A stretch of 64,000 nucleotides of DNA, taken from the NCBI GenBank assembly GCA_904063045.1, contig CAJFCJ010000005.1, positions 945,988 through 1,009,987 of the forward strand. Direction: 5' to 3'. Source of the stretch: Dimorphilus gyrociliatus (Eukaryota; Animalia; Annelida). The notes beneath the pieces are model-generated. The model searched no databases. It was not told the DNA's origin and saw only the letters and a program-made list of their open reading frames with translations. This document shows, piece after piece, positions 39,939 to 50,536 of the stretch (position 1 is the first letter of the stretch; each line of letters begins with the position of its first letter). Position numbers and translations under genes: made by a program.

Positions 39939-40770
39939 ATGGCACCTACCGCAATATGGAGAAGTATAACAACAACTATTGCTAGCATATTTAAATCATC
40001 GTCACATATCAAGAACTTTACAATACTTATTATCTTATACACTTTTACGGGTCTAATAGCTGATACAAATATTCAACGTTTGTATTATCTAGAATTAAGC
40101 GTTAACATTCTTAAAAAACCCATTTATCGCTCAGGCTCCTTTCTTTGTCGGCAATGCGGTCATACAGTTGTATTTGCCAATGATCTTACTAGGGTTGCTA
40201 GCGACATGTCGCTGAGACAGAGAAACGATAGTCTTCTGGGAAGGAAGGGAACATTGATACAACTCTTACAAAACCCTGCCGGGGCTAGATTCGAGGTGAT
40301 TACATCAAAGAGAGCTCATGTAACCAAATCTACGGTGGTAAATATATTGTTTTTAACCTCTTAACCTAATTTATAATAAGCATATAATCTCATAAATACA
40401 TACGTTTATCATTCTTTCTAGACTGTAAGCTCAGACACTTGGTTTACTGGTTTTTCGTGGAGAATTGCAACTTGCCCAAAGTGCCATTTTCATTTAGGAT
40501 GGTATAAATACGGTTAAATACATTTATTAAACATTGTTTTATTCAAGTATTTCTATCCATTTGTAGGAGCTACGAACCTCTCTTCTATAAAGGTGGATTA
40601 GCCGATTCCAAAGATACTTTTTATGCCTTAATCTTAGATAATTTATTGGATGAAACTTGTACGTTAATCCTTATTTACATAATGCTTATATTCTAATATG
40701 AAATGTATTTTAAATTCAATTAACAGATGCCGATAATCTAATTATAACTCCAAAAGTTTATCAGAGTTGA
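39939..40770 (+). CDS. Stand-alone CULT (cereblon thalidomide-binding) domain protein with N-terminal signal/anchor
   Basis: Exons 39939-40077, 40135-40337, 40422-40501, 40567-40658, 40727-40770 (TGA). Motifs CRQC ... NPAGARFEVI ... DTWFTGFSWRIATCPKCHFHLGW give both CxxC pairs and three Trp. Hydrophobic stretch FTILIILYTFTGLIA; no LON domain. Confidence 0.9.
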
Positions 40771-42154
40771 AAAAAAGGTGAATTTTGAATAATCTACAAT
40801 TGAACTGCAAAATTACAGTATACAATATATGATGAGAATGCCAAAATAGTAATTTATTTCTCTTGTTACATCCCAATTCAATTAAATAATACAAGATATT
40901 TAAAAGGATGAAAACGTTACTATAGAAACAGAGAAAAGAAAATGATAAAAAAAAACAGTTATCTTCCATCAAATTAATTAGCTGGCTTTACAGGTTTCTG
41001 CTTCTTTTCTTTTTTTTTAAAAAAACAAAGGTTTTCGGAAAGCATTTGTACATTTTTAAGAAATTTCAATATTATTTCGATATAAAAATCATAATAAAAG
41101 CATAAACATTTCTTATTAAAGTATTGTATTACTTTTTTTTGTTATATAGCAAATAGAATGTAACAATAAATAAATGCAATATTACATATAAAGGAAGGTA
41201 TTAAGACAATCATTCTCTGCTTTAAACTTTGCTATAAATATCTATAAGTAAACGACCTTAACCGAAATCTAGATCAAAATTCTTAGTGTTCGCTTTACTG
41301 AGTTCGAACTTAACTAAAAAAGAATTTGAATGTAATTAAAAGCTAAAAAAGTGAAGAAAAGTTTGTATAGATCTCTATCATGTTGTTCTGATGCGAAATG
41401 GATATAGTAGTGTCTACTAATTTTAGTTAAATAGAAGACTCCTACATTTTGTGATGAAAGGTTCACTCTGTTAAAAAAAGGTGTTGAACTCTTAGTCAGA
41501 GGAATACTTCCACTTCATCTTACAAATGGAAACAGATGTTATCGGAAAATTCAAAGCGAATGGAATGATAAATAGAGATTTTATAATGAATTGACAAACT
41601 TTTCAATGATGTAATTGTTTGAAGATTTACCAGTTTGATTAAAATTCATTTCAGATCATTCCTAGTTTAATTAACGACAATCTTATTATATCTTTTAATC
41701 AGTAATTTCTCTGATTTGTTTGTTCACCTATAACCAATTTGGCAAGAAAGTTCAAAGCCTTCATTTTCTATAGCCAAGATATTGGCAAATATTCTTTTGA
41801 AATAGCCAAGGTGAAGACGTTAAATTATACAGGTTTAGGGTGTATGTACTGAAAATCTGTTGGAAGTGTAATAAGTATCGATTACGTCCTTGCCGTACAT
41901 GTTATTTACCTTCTAGTCTGTTGAGAGAAGAAGAGCTATTTTAATATTATTGAATTTTAGGATAAGTCTCTCATTGATGTTTCATTACTCTACAATCTCT
42001 ATTCCTACGCTCTCTATTCCTACTTTGACGAAGAAGACCATAGTCGTGATGGACTTTTTTTCAATTTATTAAGTCAAATTTTATTTTAATAGTGCTAAAG
42101 TTCATCTTGTGTTCCAAAAGAGAAAATGTGATATTAACATATGATTTTTAATGT

Positions 42155-44457
42155 TCACTTGTCTAATTTACATAAACCGTCTACGTTTCTTCTATCAGAA
42201 CAGCATTCCAGACAGGATCTTCAAAGAAAAGGTTTTAAAATTAGCAAATATATTTAGATGCTAATCTGAATATAGAAAAAAATACTTCAAGGTCAATCTT
42301 CCATTAGTATTAATCAAGTATTTATCATATTTCGAACAAGGTCGTTCGTCCCTAGCGCATGACTCTGTTTTTGTTTTATTTTCGCCTCCAACACATCGGA
42401 TCAGACGGTTTCTGACAAAAAAATATAGATTACTATTATTGGCTAGAGTATAATAGACAAATACAACTTACAACTGATTAGGGCATAGACTATATTTAGA
42501 CTTCAATCCGCAACCTCCACACTTACACTTCCTAAATTGACAACTAGTCCATTCAGTGTATGCTTCCTTAGCATTTGGTAGGTTTTCACTTTCTTTATGC
42601 TTCTTAGCACCATCTGCAACAAACGTTAAACTTTTAAATGATAACGTTTTGTATAGAAAAAGTTGTAAAAGTCCATTACCGACTGATACTATTGCTTTAA
42701 AAAATCCTTGATACTTTTTAACATTGGTCCATACCATATTAGGTCTAAAAGTGACAATCATTACATTCGATTCGGATATTATATCCTCTGGAATCTCGTT
42801 GCAGCACAATCTAAATGTTAATATGTAAAATTCTTTAAAAAAACGCTTTATTCCATTCCATTACTCTTTACCTATAACCGTTCTCTCTCATATCTTTTTT
42901 GAACTTGACCTCCACCCATTGTTCAACGCATTGGTGAAGCATATAACAGGCATCTTTGTTTATATTAAAGTCTTTGAATGTTATTCTTATCCTAGTATTT
43001 TCAGGGCTCTTTAAAAATAGAGTTTAAATAGATAAAACTCATAGGTTTGTTAATATAGACTAACGGTAAATTTCCAATTACAATTATGACCAACTTCGTA
43101 ACGTTTCGCTTTATAGTTAGGAGAAGTAATCACTTTTTCTTCCCCAACTTTCATAAATATGTCGCCAGCCGTTTTACAACCTGTTAAAAAACAAAAGAGT
43201 TTTTATTTGTTCTATTCTAATGATAATACGTAGGAGTTTAATACTTGAATGGCTTAATTCAACATTTTCGCAGTAATCTCCTCCTAACCCGTCAGGACAT
43301 TTACACTTTGAACAATCTTTTGGATGAGGATAACCTCCATTCTGGCATTTTATTGATACGCCTTTACATTGGCAGTATATTTGATTCATAAGGAATCCGT
43401 CCAGAAATGAAATTTCAACCCTCTGCCCCAAGTTTGCCTGATAGCGTTTATCTTTTGTAATTATTGTCGGTTGTTTACAAATGTGTTTTTCCCTTTTGCA
43501 ACTGTAACACAGAATCTATTCGTGATTATAATTCTCAATTAATTAAAAGAATTCGTACAATGCCTGACTATTGTATTGCATAAGAGAGTTATAATCATAC
43601 GGAATTCCATATGTGACCAGATTATCATCCAGACGAAAATTTTTTTCCAATCCTCCCCTAACGAAATCCCAATTAATTTTAACATACTCATCTCTATCAG
43701 GCCTACATTGCTCATGAGAAAAACCCACAGTATGGAAAAATTCGTGAATAGGTGTACCCTAAAAATTTGTTTTCAGAATAATATTATGAGTATACTGTAT
43801 ACTTTTTATTGACCAATACAAACTAGAGCGAAGCAATTATCTCCTAAGTTTATATCCAAGTCTTTGGGCAATTCTTTCGTAAAGCCAATCAACGCAAAGC
43901 AACTAGAATTAAAATAGTAAATAGAATCATTGACTATCATTGCTCTAACTAAGAGCTTATTATAATTGATAATATGTAATATACTATCTATTTACCCATT
44001 CGCCTTCTTCTGTATATTTATATAGTAGTCTTTTTTTGGTTCAGCTTTGGTTAATTGTCTAAATTTAAGGCAAGTATGCTCCTCTATCATCTTTAAACTA
44101 CTATTTAATTTCTCCAAGAGATGCTTATCTGAAAAATAGAAGCAAAGAATCCAACGATAAATTGGAATATGTTTATATAAATACTACCGTAATTTCCATC
44201 TATAACGTAGCCAATCGGTTTGTTAACATTAAACTTTTCGTACTGATAATTCTCAAAGTCAACTACATTTCTTTTGGATATTTTATGAATTTTTGTGACG
44301 TAATTCCCTTTAAGAATCTTAGCTGCAAGACTAGCATTTCCCTTTTCAAGGGTTAAAAAGAACTAAAAAGAGATGATAAGAAAGACAAATAAGAGGGTAA
44401 GATTTATGGTTTAAATTATATAACTACCAATAATCCAATCAGGGTTATTGAGAACAT
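42155..44457 (-). CDS. Astacin (M12A) metalloprotease, SP-pro-astacin-EGF-CUB-TSP1-Cys tail (DPY-31/NAS-36-like architecture)
   Basis: Signal MFSITLIGLL/FFLTLEKGNA, KR before the mature N-terminus, HEFFHTVGFSHEQCRPDRD, Met-turn SLMQY, EGF CQNGGYPHPKDCSKCKCPDGLGGDYC, CUB (ITSPNY; WVEVKF..GYRLCC), TSP1 AYTEWTSCQFRKCKCGGCG, terminal SCLECCSDRRNVDGLCKLDK*. About 10 phase-consistent exons. Confidence 0.92.
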
Positions 44458-44800
44458 GTTACACTTCAAAATCATAATTTTCAATAACGAATGTTTGCAA
44501 TTGCAAATCTTTTTTAAGCTGTTTGAACAAAACACCTGTAACGTGTAACGTGAATGATATTACAAAAAAATTAAAGTACTGTAAAGAGAGAGAGAGGCGG
44601 GAAGGGGGCGGAGAATCGAGAGCTACAGAGAGAGAGAGAGAGAGACTGGTGGAAAAGAAACAAAAAACAGTAAACTTTGTTTTTTATTCGCCAAACAGTA
44701 AATAGTTCAATTTATTAATGTTAAACACGAAAATAAAGCAATGTTCATCAAAAAAAAACTCTTGTGGCATAGTTCAGAAAATCTTTGTTGTTTTTAATAC

Positions 44801-45770
44801 TTAAATACAATACTTTCCAACTTCATCGAACATCGTATGAACATCGTAATCTCTGGCTCTTCTTGAGGAATTAAAGCGTGATTTTCTTTGGTTACTGTTT
44901 TTCAGATTGAAAATATCATTCTTCTCTTCAACACTTAATAAAGTTTTGTAGCAATTGAATATACTATTCAACTCAAGAGCCGACATTGTTGGAAATCTAA
45001 TGTCGTATAAAAGATCTCCCAATATTTCCCGCGCTTCTCCCTTCTCGTTCTTTGTCCATTCCATAAGAAAGCAAAAGAGATCGTATTCCGTGCAAGATAT
45101 CTCTTCTAAAAGTAATATATCTTTAAAGCTCTCTCTTCCGAGATAATCTAATCCGTTTTCCAAACATTGAGCTGTTTGAACAGAAATTAAGCAAAGACAT
45201 TTGACTTTGATCTCATCATCTTTCAACCATTTTGACGCTTGTAGATAGAGGCAGACGTCTTGAATACTTTCAGACATATTTGATAGGATTTTCTGTCTGC
45301 AGAGGCTTTTCATTTGAGGTAGAATGTATTTTTCAGCCAAATATAATAACTCGACAAGAACATCTCCAGAATTATTTAAAAGCTTTGAATCCTTCGAATA
45401 AATGTACCTATATGTTTAGATCATAGCGTTTATTAGTTGTTTGTTATGAATAACAATTTAAAGCAAAGAGAAATAAGACTGTGAAACATATTGTGCCTGG
45501 AAGAAGGAAATACCTTAAAAATAATTTAAAGGCTTCCGGAGTTGTATCTTCAATAAGTATGGGATCTTGTTGCGACCATGTATTGGATAACATGGTTCGG
45601 AAAACCATACTTTCGCAGAACAATAACACACGATGAGCCTTGATTATTACCTCTTTACCATTATCAACAATCTTGAATGATATATCAGCAAATAGTCCAT
45701 TCTCGACTAACTGACACATTTGAACACATCGATTAAAGTCTTTATGCGAAATTGTATCTATATCTTCCAT
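44801..45770 (-). CDS. BTB/POZ-BACK domain protein
   Basis: Exons 45770-45514 and 45407-44801. Motifs FADISFKI..IKAHRVLLFCESMVFRTML, IEDTTPEAFKLFLRYIYS, LLYLAEKYILPQMKSLC, EISCTEYDLF, IRFPTM. The 3' end could splice further. Confidence 0.88.
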
Positions 45771-45998
45771 ATCAAATTAAAAAATGTGCAGTTTGTAAGA
45801 AGTTTGTGCAAAATTTAACTTATTTTGGTCAAAGCTAATGTCAACTCCGCACCTCGATTTCGTAATATTAACCACTCTACCATTTGAAAACCACGTTTCA
45901 ATAACAGTGTTTATTATAAATAGAGTAAAACTTTTTTCCTTTATGAATAATCCTGAATAATAATCTATTGGTCTATCTCTGATTCATTTTTTTATTTT

Positions 45999-46013
45999 GG
46001 CGCCATCTACCGG
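45999..46013 (-). promoter_or_regulatory. CTCF-like motif (CCGGTAGATGGCGCC)
   Basis: Matches the CTCF core CC.(C/T)AG(A/G)(T/G)GGCGC; about 230 bp upstream of the BTB ATG. Confidence 0.6.
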
Positions 46014-47082
46014 CTTCTAAAAATTTTTTGAACGTAACTCAAAAATTGGCTTTATACAGTATATGTCATGGCCGTCTAGTCAAGATTGAAAAAATACCAA
46101 TTAACCTGTCGTGTTTGCGGTTGAAAAAAATCAACGAAATCTTAATAAGATGAATAAGTCATTTCGTGATTTTTTTTCGGTTAAGTACAGCACTTAATTT
46201 TCGACACTTCAAAGCTCCATTTATTTTCCTTTTACTAGGAGAGTCCATATATATTTTGGGGCAAGTAAGCTATCGGAGTGACTCTATTCTAGATAGAATA
46301 ACACAAATGCACATCAATGTCAAAAGTTTTAAAAAAATCTTTCTCTCTTCCTTTTAATCTAACCTTTTCAACCTTTTTCTTTCAATATTACATTCAAATT
46401 GAATTAAACTTTAATAAGCTTGTTCAACGGATTATCGACTTAATCTAATCTCTCCTATTCATAAGCGGATTATTGATAAAAAAAGTTATTGGTGGCGGGA
46501 TGAACAGAGTGTTAGGCATCAATCAAAAATTATAATCATTTTAACAAACCACTGATAATTTAGTTATTTATGAATGTAAAGTGAAAAACACACCCTTTCT
46601 AATAATTTGCTGACGTCATTGTCATCTTAAGTGGAAATAAATGGCTAATGTAATAAAGAGAGTAAGAAGGAAATTTATGAATGATGCATTTCATAGAGTT
46701 ATTAATTATGCAAAATAAAAAACAGTAACACCTCTTACAGCTGTTCTTTAGTTTAAATTCTATAATTGTGTTATTCCTCTTGTATAGAGAGAGAGAGAGA
46801 GAAAGTATATAAATTTATCCTTATAATATTTATTTATATACGGATATTACAATGCAATATATAAAGAATACGTTGTGTTGTATATAATAGATGCGCATAT
46901 TTATTTACATAGCTAATTCAATGAACATTTTTTTATAATAAACTATGATATGAAGAGAATTGTTTATATTAAAGAATATCTTATGCAAAAGTTCATACGT
47001 AGAATATGAAAGTATGTTCGTGATATCTATACGAAAAGCGGTTTCCATTAAGAGTAATCGAGACGCTCATTCAAATCAGACG

Positions 47083-47134
47083 GTCCGCTCTCAGTTTGTT
47101 CGTTTGTCCTAAACAAATTAGAATGAGAGCGGAC
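47083..47134. other. Stem-loop with perfect 11-bp GC-rich outer stem
   Basis: GTCCGCTCTCA (47083-93) and TGAGAGCGGAC (47124-34) are exact reverse complements with a 30-nt, partly pairable interior. Confidence 0.5.
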
Positions 47135-48204
47135 TAAGAGGAAAAGATCTTGCTAAGGGAGTGCTTAGTTTAAATCGTAAACGAATGAACAAAGAGCGCT
47201 ACTGCTACTCATTTGGATATTGGAAAAAAACTCTTCCTCTTTTTTTAAACTTGTATTATGTTACCCTTAGCTACCAAAAACGTGAAATTAAATATCAGTG
47301 AGAAATATGCTTCTGATATTGTCTATACGAAGATTTTATCCTGTATATTATTTGTATTAGCGCTGCATTGACAAACAGATGTTTATATTATCGGTGTATT
47401 ATTGTATGTTTTTATAGTTTTATCTTTCCAATCAATTCTATTATATGCTATACAAATTCTATACTTTTTTACTATATAATATTAGATTTAAAAGGAAAAC
47501 AGGCTACAAACTACACGACAAACATCAATAATCAGTAATTTATATTGTATAGTCCTGACTGAAATCTATTTGTCTGGTATGTTCCAATTTAAGTAGAATT
47601 TCTTTTTCTTCTATATAAGGTTGGTGAGAAAGAGAGGAGGAAGAAGCCTATGAAAGATGACGTTTCAAAGACAAACTTTCTCATCTCGATGCAAAAGAGA
47701 GAAAGAGAAAGAGAGAAAGTGTATGTGTGTGTGTGTGTTTGTGTGTTACTTATTTTTTCCTCGTCAATTTCATTCTCCAGCGAATAAGGAGAAGATTAGG
47801 AAAAAGGTCTCTTCCATAGAGGAAATATAAAAATGTGATTGAGTTACATAAAGCCTTAGATAAAGTGTTTTCTCCTTGATTTTTTTCTTAGAAAATTCTA
47901 ACTGATCTACAATCTACAATAATATAAATAGCCCCCTATAAATTAAGGAGAATATTCCCTAAAAGCTATTAAGAGCAATTTCTAAATTACGCAATAATAG
48001 AGCAAATAAGATGACATTATTAAATTACAGATGATAACTTTACACTTTTTAAAAACATAAATTTAAATTAGTCTTTGCTTTTATCTTATAGAATTTTTTT
48101 CTTCAGTAATCTTACTATTATATAAAGATTTAATATCTTGGCAATCTTATTTCATTATCCTAGGTGGTTATTCATTATACTATTTCCTATTATATCTTGT
48201 TATT

Positions 48205-48219
48205 CAGCGCCATCTGGTG
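48205..48219 (-). promoter_or_regulatory. CTCF-like motif (CACCAGATGGCGCTG)
   Basis: Near-perfect CTCF core about 370 bp upstream of the lectin-CUB receptor ATG. Confidence 0.65.
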
Positions 48220-48590
48220 ATAGCTCTTTGCCAAAGACTTTTCGGCCTATCAATTCGCTATAAACTCTCGAAGAGCGAAGACTTCGTTTTCCCTCTATAC
48301 ATAAATATATATACTGTATATACAATAGGAAAAAAAGAGAAAGATAGGAAGATAATAATTAAGAAAAGACTCTACTTTATTCGAATCTCTTTTTATATGT
48401 GGATTATACTTGAGACAAGTTCTTAAAGAGCGATTGGATAATTACTACTTTTAGTTTGTGTTCTAACTGTTATGGTTAGATAAAGAGGTATCACTGCCAA
48501 ATTATATAGAAAGCATTCCAGTCGCAGCTGCGTTTGACGAAAAACGCTTAAAACAGGTAAAAAGGAGTATTAGGGCCGTTGGCAAAAAGT

Positions 48591-50500
48591 ATGCTAGAAA
48601 GGAAATACTGCAGTTTCTTTATCATCTTAACGATTATCCAACTAGTTAGCGGACGGCTTAACCAAATACAGATTGGACAACCCGGTAAGAAAGGCCTTTT
48701 TATCTTAATAACGAATTTAATAGAAGAGAAATGTGCTAGCTTTTATAATTTACGAAGAGTTTAATAGTATTTTCTCTTATATATAGTAGTTCATTTAGAT
48801 TATCATCCTGGTAAAGGAAATAGAAGTGTTGTAACACATCCTTTGCTATCTGCTAAAAGCCACTCTTCCATTCCCCTTACACTTGCCATTGTGCCATCTT
48901 CTCTCTTCTCTTTATTTCTCGAATTTCATTGGATTTACTTCTAAAATGAAAAAAGATCGCCTTATCTGTTTCAGCTCTTTTAAACCAATAGGTTTCGACA
49001 GGCAAGCTCTTTTTTTTTTTTAACTATATTAAGTAGTCTCTTCCAATCCGTCTTCGTTCTTTATCTATTTACGGCTATAAACTACTAATTACTACATATT
49101 ATTATCAATTAATGTGGCAACTGAATGATTTATTAAATCGTTCATTAAATCTATTATTATCACAAAAGAGTGAGAGAAAGAGAGGAGGAGAGAGAAGGAG
49201 AGAGAGAGAGAGGTATTAAACAAACGCTAAAGTTTATTTTTCTGATTGAAGAAGACGCGTTATAATAGCTGCCCCTTGCCAAGATGGTGACATCAATAGA
49301 TTATCTTGATATTCCATTTCAATAATCTATCTGATGAATTTGATAATAAAGTAATTTTTCAACTTTTGGGTTCAATATATAAAGTATTTAGAAATAGGCT
49401 GATTTGAAAAATCCTGACCTAAATGTATCAATACCAATAAGCAGTTATAAAACGTCTAGGAAAACAGTTTATTAGATCTAGAGAATTTTTAGACGCCCGA
49501 TCGGATTATATTCGGATTAAAGGCTTAGTATATAAAAAAAACAGGGTCGAGTATCGGATCGATAGCAGCCCCTATTGAAAAAAGCCTGCTCGAAAAACGC
49601 TTAAGAGTCGGCGTACATCAAAGAGACGCTCGAAACAAACGTGGATAGATAGGGATTCCCGAAGGGAAACGCTTATGCAGCTTATCTCGCCATCTTATCT
49701 CTCCCCTTTTTCATTGCAAAGCAGTATACTTTGTCAATTAATTGCTTATTTAGCAACACTTTTATAATATTTATACGAAGATTACAATACCAAAAAAAAA
49801 ATCAAAGATTCCAGCATATGCTTTTTCCGTTTTTACAGTTTTTCTATTAATTCGAAATTGTACCAGCTATAATTAAACTCTTTAATAACAATTTTCATTA
49901 TATAGCCAAGTACCGAATTTAACTTGTATTAAACATTAGTAACAAAAAACGAAAATCAGCCTATCGAATACCTTTTTTTGATAACATAAAAAAGAATGAG
50001 TAGGCGGATGGGTGGATGGGCGAATGATTTTCCAATTTAATGGCAAAAGAACACGAACAGATAAATAAATAGAGTTAAGAATAAAAAAGTGAGGCTATAA
50101 AATAAAACAATGGACTATTAACTTATTATCCGAATAGGGAGAGAAGGATAGAAATTTTATCTTATGCTTGCATTTTTACATTGTATAAAATAGAGGAAAA
50201 AACCAAAAATTTGTCATAAAAGTAAAGAGATAAACTATTATCGGATCATCTTTCTTTCGTCATCAGTGAATTTCGTTGTCTAGAAGTTTCTTAAGGCTTT
50301 TCTCAAACCCTTCTCCTCCCTAGTCAAAACATTAATCAAGATACACTTTAGAAATCGTTTTTTCCTCCCCTCTGAAGCGATGTCATATAGAGATTGCACT
50401 TATAGCAGTTAACAATTATCGAGAAAATTCTTTTCCCAATTGTTATTTTCCGGTATTTCGTTTCAATAGACCGACAGTAGTTGTGCATCGTACACAATCT

Positions 50501-50536
<36 letters not shown>

